Source: Acidimicrobiia bacterium (GTDB lineage: Bacteria; Actinomycetota; Acidimicrobiia; Spongiisociales; UBA5794). From it: a stretch of 58,669 nt of DNA. The notes under the pieces are model-generated. The model saw only the letters and a list, made by a program, of their open reading frames with translations. It was not told where the DNA came from and did no database searches. This document shows positions 1 to 8,824 of this stretch, one piece after another (the stretch's first letter is position 1; each line of letters starts with the position of its first letter). A program made the translations under genes and the position numbers. The stretch covers positions 1 through 58,669 of the forward strand of contig JASJEG010000001.1 of NCBI GenBank assembly GCA_030064765.1. Direction: 5' to 3'.

Positions 1-920
1 TGGGCTACGTAGAGAGTCAGTGCCAGCTGACCGGTTGCCACTAGGGGCCACGTGATGGACTCGCGGACCTTCTCCCCCACCCCGATCGAACCGACGATCA
101 CGAGACTCGCGGTGGCCATCCCGGCAATCAGATAGAGCGGCATAGGAGGCAACATCTCGACGGAAAACAACCACTGCCACGCCTCGTCGCTCAGACCCTC
201 TGCTCTCGAACCCTTGGGACCGAGGACGGCCCAAGCTGCTGCTTCGACAACAACCAGCGCGGCGGTTGCGCCGAGCACTATCCGCCGCCGCCAGGCCGGG
301 TCACGCAAGTCCGTCCGGCCCAGCCACATGCCGAAGAGGTAGAACACAAGCCACGGAAACACGGGGTGAAGTCCGTCAAAGAACAGATTACGAACGAACC
401 CCACCGGCGTAGCGAGATTGCGATAGGACAGATCGTCGAGATTCCAATTGGCAAAGAAATCGAACGCGAGGATGAAGAGGAACGAGACTGCGGCAGCGGC
501 AACCGCCGTCCACAGAAGCGTGCGATTGGGCGCAAAGAGCAACAGCGCCCCAACCGCGAGGTAGACGCCGTAGAAGTGGAGGATGTCGGCGGGCCAGATC
601 GGGAAGAACAGCCATCCGAAGACAAACAGGAACAGGGCACGCTTGGCAAGCGTGATCCGGGAACGTCTCTGCTCGTTCCGATCGCCGGACAGTCGCTGGC
701 GGCGCGATCCCAAACTGGCACCGATGCCGGCGAGGACCACAAAGGTGGCAGCCGCCCGGCCTTCGAGCGACACGACCAGGAATCGCAGCCAGCCCGGTGC
801 AGACACGTCTCCGGCCATCACTACGTTGAAGTTGACGACGACCATTCCCACGATTGCCAGGGCGCGGGCAATATCGAGGCCGATGATTCTCTTTGTCTTG
901 GTCGACGCAGCCGTGGTCAT
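1..920 (-). CDS. DUF418/YeiB-like polytopic membrane protein (3' end runs off the window start)
   Basis: Absent from the ORF track because it has no stop inside the window. Manual reverse translation from ATG 918-920 gives MTTAASTKTKRIIGLDIARALAIVGMVVVNFNVVMAG...FVVLAGIGASLG...HFYGVYLAVGALLL. This is a multi-TM pattern typical of DUF418/DUF1624-type proteins. The listed ORFs in 278-984 are Arg/Pro-rich shadow frames. Confidence 0.65.
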   Translation of the reverse strand, partial: MTTAASTKTKRIIGLDIARALAIVGMVVVNFNVVMAGDVSAPGWLRFLVVSLEGRAAATFVVLAGIGASLGSRRQRLSGDRNEQRRSRITLAKRALFLFVFGWLFFPIWPADILHFYGVYLAVGALLLFAPNRTLLWTAVAAAAVSFLFILAFDFFANWNLDDLSYRNLATPVGFVRNLFFDGLHPVFPWLVFYLFGMWLGRTDLRDPAWRRRIVLGATAALVVVEAAAWAVLGPKGSRAEGLSDEAWQWLFSVEMLPPMPLYLIAGMATASLVIVGSIGVGEKVRESITWPLVATGQLALTLYVA

Positions 921-953
921 GGCACCACCCTATGGCATTCCCTCCCAAACTGC

Positions 954-968
954 AAGTGACTTTCACTT
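954..968. promoter_or_regulatory. Candidate TetR operator palindrome AAGTGA-CTT-TCACTT
   Basis: Perfect 6+6 inverted repeat in the 70-bp divergent region between the DUF418 gene (start 920) and the TetR gene (start 991). Confidence 0.35.
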
Positions 969-990
969 TAAAGGCTGCTAGCATCGGGCC

Positions 991-1554
991 ATGGCCAGCC
1001 TACGAGAGCGCAACAAGATCCGCGCCATGAGGGAACTACAAGAGCTCGCACTCGATCTCTTCACCAGAAGTGGCTTTGACGCGGTAACGGTTGAGGATAT
1101 TGCGGCAGCCGGCGGGGTTTCCCCCTCCACCATCTATCGCTACTTCGGCACCAAAGAGCGCCTCGTAGTCTGGGACCGGAGCGATCGGGATATCACAACC
1201 GAACTCAGCAAACGACTAGGCAATCAGGAGCCAATTGCGGCGGTGCGTGACTCGCTACTCGCTGCCTTTGGCGACATAGCCGACCCCAAGGCCCTACTTC
1301 GCAGGGTGCAGTTCATCTATACCACTCCGCAGGTTCACGCGGCCGCCATCGAGCAAGAGCTGACCGATCAGGCGGAACTAGCTGCCGCGTTTGCCGCCGT
1401 CGGGGGAAGGGAACGACCCAACCTCGAAGCCAGCGTGCACGCCGGAGCGTGCATGGCGGCGCTCGGCGCGGCTATCGAGCATTGGCAGGCGGAGGATGGG
1501 CGGCGTCATCTGCCCGACTTGATCGCCGAAGCGTTCGCTGCTCTCGGCAACTAG
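991..1554 (+). CDS. TetR/AcrR family transcriptional regulator
   Basis: N-terminal HTH: RAMRELQELALDLFTRSGFDAVTVEDIAAAGGVSPSTIYRYFGTKERLV. Confidence 0.9.
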   Translation: MASLRERNKIRAMRELQELALDLFTRSGFDAVTVEDIAAAGGVSPSTIYRYFGTKERLVVWDRSDRDITTELSKRLGNQEPIAAVRDSLLAAFGDIADPKALLRRVQFIYTTPQVHAAAIEQELTDQAELAAAFAAVGGRERPNLEASVHAGACMAALGAAIEHWQAEDGRRHLPDLIAEAFAALGN

Positions 1555-2171
1555 GCCTCCGCAGCCACGAAACTGACCTCGGAGTAGCCGACACCCGTGA
1601 GGAAGCCTTCAATGGTGGCCTCGGCGTTGGCCTGTGCCCTCTCCAGGATGCCGTGCTCGAGTGCGGCCTTGACGAGGATTTCCTCGGCGACTTGCCGCGC
1701 CTCGGTCTCGAGCTGCGAGTCGCCCTTGGTAAAGAGACCCGTATCCCGGTCATAGACCTGGGTTGCCTCACTATCCACTTCGACAAAGATGATCTCCGCC
1801 GGCGGCAACTGAACGGTGACCGACCCTGTCTCCTCGTCGACTTCGAAGTTGGAGGTTGTGACTCGCTCCATGTCGACGCCCCCACCGATCCGGGCAACGG
1901 CAAACAGGAAGATGCGGTCGCCTCTTGCCCAGTTCAACCAGCCGAAGTCATTGCCCTTTTGAACCGTGGTGTACTCGACTACCTCGACTGTTGTCAGCTT
2001 GGCAACGTCGCGCACACTCTCCACGACGGTGGGACCGACCTGCGTGTAAGGCTCGCCGCCAAGGCCTTTGAACGGCCCCCAATTCGCCACGTTGGCGATG
2101 ACAAAGAACGCCCCAGCGATCAATACGGCAACGATGAGAATCGATCCGGCTCTTCGTGGCGATTCGGCCAT
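1551..2171 (-). CDS. DUF4230 family membrane-anchored protein
   Basis: One N-terminal TM helix (ILIVAVLIAGAFFVIANV) followed by a DUF4230-like body. I prefer the ATG at 2169-2171, which is preceded by GAGGAAG, over the TTG at 2210. Confidence 0.65.
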   Translation of the reverse strand: MAESPRRAGSILIVAVLIAGAFFVIANVANWGPFKGLGGEPYTQVGPTVVESVRDVAKLTTVEVVEYTTVQKGNDFGWLNWARGDRIFLFAVARIGGGVDMERVTTSNFEVDEETGSVTVQLPPAEIIFVEVDSEATQVYDRDTGLFTKGDSQLETEARQVAEEILVKAALEHGILERAQANAEATIEGFLTGVGYSEVSFVAAEA

Positions 2172-2275
2172 GACACTTCCTCGGTCGTTTCCCCCATCTC
2201 TTTGACCCAAAATCCCCCCAAAGGTTCCGAATCACCCTTGCATTACCGGGCATTCCATGGTAGTGTGCTTCACAA

Positions 2276-2299
2276 GGTACCCTGGAAAGCAGGGTAACC
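2276..2299. promoter_or_regulatory. Inverted repeat GGTACCCTG-GAAAG-CAGGGTAACC upstream of padR (candidate operator)
   Basis: Near-perfect 9/10-bp inverted repeat about 40 bp upstream of the PadR start, in the divergent region shared with the DUF4230 gene. Confidence 0.3.
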
Positions 2300-2336
2300 G
2301 GTACAGCAAGATAGTGATCTGACTCGGAGGAAGCGC

Positions 2337-2669
2337 GTGGGGCATAGCTCCCAGCTGCTCAAGGGCGTTCTCGATATGTGCCTGCTGGCATTGATAGATC
2401 AAGAACCGAGCTACGGCTACGAGATGGTCGACAAGTTGCAGCGCAACGGTCTCGAGCTCGTTAGTGAGGGCAGCATCTATCCCCTGCTGAGCAGGCTGCA
2501 GAAGCAGGGCTATATCGAGGGCTACTTCGTAGAGTCGACCGGCGGTCCCCCTCGCAAGTACTACCGGATCGCCGAGAAAGGCAGAGAGCAGCTAGTTGAT
2601 TGGCAAACCGAATGGAGAAGATTGTCTGTCGGCGTGGAAGAGGTGTTGAATGGAGACTCAAGTGAGTGA
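2337..2669 (+). CDS. PadR family transcriptional regulator
   Basis: LKGVLDMCLLALIDQEPSYGYEMVDKLQ...GSIYPLLSRLQKQGYIEGYFVES...RKYYRIAEKG winged-helix signature. Confidence 0.9.
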   Translation: MGHSSQLLKGVLDMCLLALIDQEPSYGYEMVDKLQRNGLELVSEGSIYPLLSRLQKQGYIEGYFVESTGGPPRKYYRIAEKGREQLVDWQTEWRRLSVGVEEVLNGDSSE

Positions 2670-3450
2670 ACGCCTGAGCATCAAGACGATAATCGCGGAC
2701 TGCGAGCGTTACTGGCTCGACACCAAGGTACCCCGCTCGCGGGTCCGCGAGATGGCTACCGAACTCCAGTCACACCTCCTCGAAGCCACGGCCGAGGGCA
2801 AGACGCCCGAAGCCGTCGTCGGAGACAATCTCGCTGAATTCGCCGAGGCCTGGGCCAGCGAGTACCGCGGCCCCGCCTCATTGGAGGCATGGCACAACAC
2901 CGGGGATCCCGCCACAACGCGCCGGGAAATCATCTCCGCCTATGGATGGTCGGTGATCGCACTCGGGGTTGTGGCACTTCTCGCAATCTTTGGACCAAAG
3001 GAGGCAACCGTGGACGATGTTGAAGTTTGGCGTTGGATATGGGTCATCGGAGCTGCCGCGCTGGGCGTAGGCGAGATGCTCACAGCCGGCTTCTTCCTGC
3101 TGCCGTTTGCGATCGGAGCAGTGGCCGCCGCCATCCTGGCGTTTGCCAACGTGATAGTCCCGGTCCAGGTCGGCGTCTTCATCGGCGCGTCCATCCTCTC
3201 GCTGTGGGGCCTCAAGCGGTTCGCCTGGCGATCCCAGGAACCGATCCACGCAATCGGAGCCAAGCGCTACATAGATGCCAAGGCAACGGTCATTGAGCCC
3301 ATCGACCGGATCGCAGGCACCGGACGGGTGCGCTTCGAGATGCAGCAATGGCGTGCCACCACGCAACTCGATGGGGTCATCGAACCGGGCACAGAGGTAC
3401 GCGTGGTCGACGTGACCGGGGCCAGACTGGTAGTTGAGCCAATGGAATAA
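2650..3450 (+). CDS. DUF1700-like (PadR-associated) helical module fused to an NfeD-type membrane/OB-fold protein
   Basis: The N-terminal ~90 aa (ELQSHLLEATAEGKTPEAVVGDNLAEFAEAW) resemble DUF1700. Three or four TM helices follow. The C terminus GTGRVRFEMQQWRATTQLDGVIEPGTEVRVVDVTGARLVVEP is an NfeD OB-fold. The gene overlaps the padR stop by 20 nt and is followed by an SPFH gene. Confidence 0.7.
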   Translation: METQVSERLSIKTIIADCERYWLDTKVPRSRVREMATELQSHLLEATAEGKTPEAVVGDNLAEFAEAWASEYRGPASLEAWHNTGDPATTRREIISAYGWSVIALGVVALLAIFGPKEATVDDVEVWRWIWVIGAAALGVGEMLTAGFFLLPFAIGAVAAAILAFANVIVPVQVGVFIGASILSLWGLKRFAWRSQEPIHAIGAKRYIDAKATVIEPIDRIAGTGRVRFEMQQWRATTQLDGVIEPGTEVRVVDVTGARLVVEPME

Positions 3451-3513
3451 CTCGCCGATACACCTCAGCCGAATCAGTTTTCAGAACAGTAAGACAGAAA
3501 GGACGAGTGAACC

Positions 3514-4473
3514 ATGGAACTCGCTGCAGTAGGAATCATTGCCTTCTTCGCACTTGTCGTGGTCTATGTCGCACTTGCGGTCAAGATCGTCAAGCAGCAC
3601 GAACAAGGCCTGGTCGAGCGTTTCGGCCGATACAAGGACACGAGGGACCCAGGTCTCCAGTTCATCGTGCCGTTCATCGACCGGCTCCGTCGGGTTGACA
3701 TGCGTGAGATCGTCGTCGATGTTCCTCCGCAAGAGGTCATCACCAAGGACAACGTTGTCGTCACCGTCGACGCCGTCGTGTACTACCAGGCAACCGATCC
3801 GCAGAAGTTGGTCTACAACGTGCAGAACTTCGTTCTGGCAGCCACCAAGCTGGCACAGACCAACCTCCGTAACGTGGTCGGCGACCTCGACCTGGACGAT
3901 GCGCTCACCTCTCGGGAACGAATCAACGCCCAGCTGCGTGAGATCCTCGACGAGGCAACCGACGTCTGGGGTACCAAGGTGGTCCGTGTTGAAATCCAGC
4001 GGATCGACCCGCCGGCGGACGTTACACAGGCCATGCACAGGCAGATGAAGGCCGAACGTGACCGCCGCGCCATCGTCACCGAGGCAGAGGGTGACAAGCG
4101 GTCGCAGATCCTTCAGGCCGAGGGCGTCAAGCAGGCCCGAATCCTCGAGGCCGAGGGCCAGGCAGAAGCCATCAGGCAGGTCGCAGAGGCTGAGAAGTTC
4201 CAGAAGCTCACGGTGGCCGAAGGTGAAGGTCAGGCAATCGAGCGAGTCTTCGGTGCAATTCACGTAGGTGACCCGACCGACGACCTCATCGCGATTCGCT
4301 ACCTGGAGGCTCTGCAGGGCATTGCCAACGGCAACGCGACGAAGATCTTCCTGCCGATGGAGATGAGCGGGATCCTCGGTTCAATCGGAGCCATCGGCGA
4401 GCTCTTCAACGGCGACGACGATGGTGAGGTCCGGCGCTCCGCCGACCGCCCGATGACTCCAGGCCAGATGTAG
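3514..4473 (+). CDS. SPFH/band-7 (stomatin/prohibitin-like) protein
   Basis: N-terminal TM helix plus an SPFH core ([34 protein letters not shown]...). It forms the classic NfeD-SPFH gene pair. Confidence 0.9.
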   Translation: MELAAVGIIAFFALVVVYVALAVKIVKQHEQGLVERFGRYKDTRDPGLQFIVPFIDRLRRVDMREIVVDVPPQEVITKDNVVVTVDAVVYYQATDPQKLVYNVQNFVLAATKLAQTNLRNVVGDLDLDDALTSRERINAQLREILDEATDVWGTKVVRVEIQRIDPPADVTQAMHRQMKAERDRRAIVTEAEGDKRSQILQAEGVKQARILEAEGQAEAIRQVAEAEKFQKLTVAEGEGQAIERVFGAIHVGDPTDDLIAIRYLEALQGIANGNATKIFLPMEMSGILGSIGAIGELFNGDDDGEVRRSADRPMTPGQM

Positions 4474-4496
4474 TCCATCTACCTACTCATACAACA

Positions 4497-4527
4497 GGGG
4501 CGGCGCCGCAGGTGCCGCCCCTCTTCT
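4497..4527 (+). terminator. Rho-independent terminator after the SPFH gene
   Basis: GGGGCGGC (4497-4504) pairs with GCCGCCCC (4514-4521) and is followed by TCTTCT. It lies 24 nt after the stop codon. Confidence 0.6.
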
Positions 4528-4634
4528 ATGCCCGGAACCTTGACTCAGGCACGGATCGACAAAGGGTCGCCTGCGGTGCGGAAAGGGCCTTAGTGCTCTG
4601 AGCAGCGCTCGCCGCAGGCGTCGATGATCAACTT

Positions 4635-5318
4635 ATGGTGGCTGCGGCAAGTTCTCGTGCCGGGGCGTTCCTGGCGCTGGTTGCCCTGCTGGCGGGTTGC
4701 TTCTCGGGAAACGACGGCACGGGGCCATCGTCCACCTCATCTCAGCTCCCAAGCACCACCACGCTGCTCCCGTCTCAAACAACGACTTCTGGCTCGCCCA
4801 CCACGACGACGCTGCGACCGGATACGATCGACCCCTTCGCCGGCGCACTCCGTTCGGAACTCGCTCCTCAGCTGGACAATGGACCCAACGGCGTCCCCGG
4901 GTTAGCCAGCTGCTTCGCCGTCGCATACGTCACAACGATCGGACCAGAGGAATTGGCTGCCGCCGGCTTCACGCCGGAGACGATTGACATGGCGAGCATC
5001 GAGCGAATGGTCGAAGAAATGTCCGCGTTGGAGCAAACCGAGCTCAACCTCGCAACAACCAGCTGCGGATTGATGTACACGGCGAAGGTGCTACGCGATC
5101 TCGGGATTTCGGAGGAGTCGATCGACTGCTTCGTGCTCACATACGGCCTGTACATCGAAAACCTGGGAACCCGAGCACTAGAAGCGCAATCTCTTCCGCT
5201 ATGGCTGTATGACGAGGTGGCCTTCGACGCTGCCGTCAGCGACATATACACATCGTGCCTCGAGCCGGACGAACTCAGCGAGCTGAAACGCCCGCCCCTC
5301 GACATTCTCGACACTTGA
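4635..5318 (+). CDS. Hypothetical lipoprotein
   Basis: Signal peptide with lipobox MVAAASSRAGAFLALVALLAGC, then a Ser/Thr/Pro-rich linker. No family recognised. Confidence 0.6.
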   Translation: MVAAASSRAGAFLALVALLAGCFSGNDGTGPSSTSSQLPSTTTLLPSQTTTSGSPTTTTLRPDTIDPFAGALRSELAPQLDNGPNGVPGLASCFAVAYVTTIGPEELAAAGFTPETIDMASIERMVEEMSALEQTELNLATTSCGLMYTAKVLRDLGISEESIDCFVLTYGLYIENLGTRALEAQSLPLWLYDEVAFDAAVSDIYTSCLEPDELSELKRPPLDILDT

Positions 5319-5325
5319 CAAACCG

Positions 5326-6159
5326 TCAACCGTCGAGTGACTCAACTGTGGCGGCCGGCTCCCGCGGAGTCCCTCTCGTCTGGATCAGGTAGAGCAGCAC
5401 GGCCCCGCCGAGAATTGCCCCGATGGACACGTAGCCGTTCCTCGAGATACCCAGCAGTCGGAAAGTCGTGTCGGTCCGCAACAGCTCCGTGAGGAACCGG
5501 ACCGTTCCGTACACGATCATGTAGATCGGAAAGCTTGCTCCCTTGCGTAGGTCGAAACGGCGCTCGGCGTACAGAATGACCGGAACTGTGATGAATACGT
5601 TCCACAAGGCCTCGTAGAGAAAGGTCGGGTGGAAAGTCTCGAAGTCCACGTACTCGGCAGGCCGGTTCGCCGGATCGATCTCGACCGCCCAAGGCAGCGT
5701 GCTCGGCGTGCCGAACAACTCCTGATTGAAATAGTTGCCGAAGCGGCCGATCGCTTGCGCCAACGGTAAGCCAACCGCAACTGCGTCGGTGAACATCGGG
5801 AAGTCACCGTCGAGCTTGCGCATCATGTAGACCGCGGCGAGCGCTCCGGCGGTCAGCCCCCCGTAGAGAGCCAGACCGCCCTCCCAGATGAACAAGACCG
5901 CATACCAGCGCCCCTGGTAGCGCGCAGTATGAGTCGAAACGTAGGCGAGCCTGGCCCCCGCAAAGCCGATTAGGACTGTCCACAAGATCACTCGATCGAG
6001 AATGGTGGGATCACCACCGAATCTCTCGTACCTCTTCTGCGTGACGATGGCGGCAACGAGAACGCCGATACCGATCATGATCCCGTAGAAGTGGATCGTC
6101 AGTGGACCGATCTCGAATGTGTTTTGCGGTGGTGAAGGGATTGACGCCAGGGTCAACAT
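5326..6159 (-). CDS. lgt: Prolipoprotein diacylglyceryl transferase
   Basis: FEIGPLTIHFYGIMIGIGVL...GRFGNYFNQELFG...; length and TM pattern are typical of Lgt. Confidence 0.9.
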   Translation of the reverse strand: MLTLASIPSPPQNTFEIGPLTIHFYGIMIGIGVLVAAIVTQKRYERFGGDPTILDRVILWTVLIGFAGARLAYVSTHTARYQGRWYAVLFIWEGGLALYGGLTAGALAAVYMMRKLDGDFPMFTDAVAVGLPLAQAIGRFGNYFNQELFGTPSTLPWAVEIDPANRPAEYVDFETFHPTFLYEALWNVFITVPVILYAERRFDLRKGASFPIYMIVYGTVRFLTELLRTDTTFRLLGISRNGYVSIGAILGGAVLLYLIQTRGTPREPAATVESLDG

Positions 6160-6256
6160 TGCTCATTGCTCCATCGGGCTGGTCACGTCGCCAAGGCAAC
6201 GGGGCAACAGCCTACAGATGTGAGCCGCTACGTACGTGCGCCTTGACCGGAGAACG

Positions 6257-7528
6257 TCAATCTGTCGCAGACGCGAGTTCGCTGACCTCGCGGTGCGGAC
6301 GAACAGTTCCCCTATCGAACCTGCCGTTAGCCACGAGTCGCCACCCCATCGTCAAGGCAATCAGCAGCATTGGGAGCCCCGGCGAGAAGCCCAGCTGTTG
6401 GATGAACGCCTGGCTTGCGCCGAGCAGCCATATCGCAGCCAGCCAAGGGAGCCACGCCCGGCGCGGCCAAGCTCCTACGGCAACCGCTGCGGTGACAACG
6501 ACGAGTGCTCCATCGTGCGACATAGCGTGCAGAGAGAGCAGCAACACGCCGGGCATCGTGATCGCCATGAGGGGAGCAAGGTCTGCGGTTGGAGTTCGCC
6601 ACCACAGCCAACTCAGCACGACAACGGTGAGCGCCGCCAGCACCCAAGCGATCAGGACGGGAACCGACAATCCGACGCCGAAGATGTTCTCCGCAAAGCC
6701 AATGAAAGAAATGCTCGAGTGGCCATTCAGCTCGGCATCGACTCTGCCGAACTCGCTGGCGACGTCAAGCCATTCACCAACCCATCCCCAACCTCGGATG
6801 ACAGCGCCTGACAGGTAGAAGAGAACGCCGCCAACGGCTGCTCCTTGAACGACCCGCCACTGCCGCTGCAGTAGGAACAACCCAATCATCGGTATCGCAA
6901 ACTGAGGCTTGTAGAGAAGCACCGCAAGCACGAGACCGCCCGCATACGGATGGCCATCATGGATGAGCCGCCACGCCGCCACCAGCGCCAGCAGCGTGAA
7001 CGCGGTATTCGAGCCGCCGGTGATGGTGCGAAACATCGGCCAGAAGAGCAGCGCCGCCGCAATTGCAGGCAAGATTCGGCCACGCAGCCACGGAATCATT
7101 GGCTGAGCCAAGAATGCAGCTGCGCAGAGAGCAGCGGCCATTAGAAGCACGTGGATCAGGTAGGACCAGTAGTAGTCAATCCCAGCCAACGGTTGGTACA
7201 ACCACGCTACTTGCGGCGGGTATGCGAAGAAGCGCGCAACTTCACCGTCGCTGACGGGGTGGAGCCCGCGCTGCGCCTCGATCTGACGATCGAGGCTGTA
7301 AAGCGAGTCCCAATCCCCATCTGCCGCAATCTTGCCGGCTCCGTAGAACGCGGGATAGTCGCCGCCAAAACCATCAGGCGGCGCGCTTGATTCGGCTGCA
7401 CCGATGACCCCGAGCACCACGGCTAGTCCCAAGGCAACAAGGACGGCGATCGGGTAGGCCTTCATGCGGAACGTGTTGCGGCCCGCAGGATCTGTTCTGA
7501 GATCAGATGTGCCCCGATCAGGCCCCAT
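6257..7528 (-). CDS. GT87/DUF2029-like polytopic glycosyltransferase (polyprenyl-phosphate-sugar dependent)
   Basis: About 10 TM helices. The N-terminal loop GGDYPAFYGAGKIAADGDWDSLYSLD resembles the GT-C/DUF2029 motif. The start may instead be the ATG at 7465 (MKAYPIAVLV...). Confidence 0.6.
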   Translation of the reverse strand: MGPDRGTSDLRTDPAGRNTFRMKAYPIAVLVALGLAVVLGVIGAAESSAPPDGFGGDYPAFYGAGKIAADGDWDSLYSLDRQIEAQRGLHPVSDGEVARFFAYPPQVAWLYQPLAGIDYYWSYLIHVLLMAAALCAAAFLAQPMIPWLRGRILPAIAAALLFWPMFRTITGGSNTAFTLLALVAAWRLIHDGHPYAGGLVLAVLLYKPQFAIPMIGLFLLQRQWRVVQGAAVGGVLFYLSGAVIRGWGWVGEWLDVASEFGRVDAELNGHSSISFIGFAENIFGVGLSVPVLIAWVLAALTVVVLSWLWWRTPTADLAPLMAITMPGVLLLSLHAMSHDGALVVVTAAVAVGAWPRRAWLPWLAAIWLLGASQAFIQQLGFSPGLPMLLIALTMGWRLVANGRFDRGTVRPHREVSELASATD

Positions 7529-8240
7529 ACCGCCCCCGCATCAGTCGCCAGCGAACTCTAAGCACGTCGGCAAGAGTCGATAGGTACGAGAGCGCAGTTA
7601 CCCGACTGTCATCCTTGTGAGCCCACGTGACCGGCACCTCCGCGATCGGATATCCCAGATGGCGGGCAACCGCCAGCACCTCGACATCAAAGGCCCACCG
7701 GTCCACGACGGCTTGCGAGAAGATGGCCTCGGCCGCGTCGCCGGAGAACAACTTGAAACCCCGCTGCGAGTCCATGACGCCGGGTAGCGCAATGAGCCGA
7801 ATCACGCGGTTGCCCAAGCGACCTGCTGCAGGACGCAACCCGCGTTGCGCCTGGGTCACAAATGCTCCCTCGACCCCGATCGATGCAAAGGAGATGCCGG
7901 TGCCTCCCAATTCGTCGAGCGCCTTCTCCAATGCTGCCAACTCCGCAATAGGTGTTGACCCGTCTGCGTCGGCGAAGAGACGAAGATCTCCCGAAGCGGC
8001 AAGCATCCCGACGCGAACCGCATGGCCCTTGCCGCGATTGGACTCGGTTCGGAGTACTGCGAGGTTCGGGCATGAACTCCGTTCAGCCACAGCGGCCGTG
8101 GCATCTGTCGAGCCGTCGTCGACAACGATCACCTCTACCTCGTCGACGCGTTCGGCGAGGTACTCACCGATACCCTCCAACGTGGGTCCGAGCCGTGACT
8201 CCTCGTTGTAGCACGGAATGATGACCGAAAGCGTGGTCAC
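7518..8240 (-). CDS. GT2 family glycosyltransferase (polyprenyl/dolichyl-phosphate sugar synthase-like)
   Basis: LSVIIPCYNEESRLGPTLEGI...VIVVDDGSTDAT...ADADGSTP signature. Confidence 0.85.
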   Translation of the reverse strand: MTTLSVIIPCYNEESRLGPTLEGIGEYLAERVDEVEVIVVDDGSTDATAAVAERSSCPNLAVLRTESNRGKGHAVRVGMLAASGDLRLFADADGSTPIAELAALEKALDELGGTGISFASIGVEGAFVTQAQRGLRPAAGRLGNRVIRLIALPGVMDSQRGFKLFSGDAAEAIFSQAVVDRWAFDVEVLAVARHLGYPIAEVPVTWAHKDDSRVTALSYLSTLADVLRVRWRLMRGRYGA

Positions 8241-8369
8241 GACCGACTCCCCGGTTTGCGTCGAGCATTCACCAAACTAGAACTTAGGCGCGTCGAACAG
8301 ATTGATGCCATACCGTCGTATCGGACCAATTGCGGCTGGCTTGAGCCAACCCGACCGTTGCGGCGGCGA

Positions 8370-8744
8370 CTAGGCAGGGGCTTCGGAGAACTCCTGAAAT
8401 GCTTCCCAGGCATGGGCCGCGTAGATCGATGCCGGACCGCCACCCATTTGGATGGCCACCCCGATCGCCTCGGCCATCTCTTGGGAGCTGGCGCCCTTGC
8501 GTATCGCGCTGCGGACGTGGGAGGCAATGCAACCGTCGCACCCGTCGTGAACCGCGATGGCGACGGCTATCAACTCCTTGGTCTTGGACGAGAGCTCCCC
8601 ATCGGCGTAGGCGGCGCGATAGAGGTCGCCGAAGCCGTCGTACACACCGGGGATCTGGGACCGCACACCGGAGGTTCCCTTGTGAGTTTCCTTGAGAATG
8701 TCCTTGTATTTGCCCACTTGCTCCTCCTGCGACGGAACAAACAT
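8370..8744 (-). CDS. Carboxymuconolactone decarboxylase (AhpD-like) family protein
   Basis: ELIAVAIAVHDGCDGCIASHV... CxxC AhpD-like motif. Confidence 0.85.
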   Translation of the reverse strand: MFVPSQEEQVGKYKDILKETHKGTSGVRSQIPGVYDGFGDLYRAAYADGELSSKTKELIAVAIAVHDGCDGCIASHVRSAIRKGASSQEMAEAIGVAIQMGGGPASIYAAHAWEAFQEFSEAPA

Positions 8745-8824
8745 ATGTCGATCCGCATATGTTACGAGCGATTAGCCTGTGGTCATATTCGAGCACGACG
8801 TTTCGGGATCTGAGGAGGTCGAGC

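Noticed and set aside
278-984. Four overlapping ORFs of 132-198 aa listed in the track at the window start.
   Set aside because: All are Arg/Pro/Gly/Ser-rich with no family resemblance. A different minus-strand frame gives a coherent multi-TM DUF418-like protein that runs off the window, so these are high-GC shadow frames.
8370-8744. The AhpD-like (CMD) protein, considered as a second selenoprotein candidate.
   Set aside because: Its CxxC motif (GCDGC) is encoded by two ordinary Cys codons, and the ORF is full length with no in-frame TGA.
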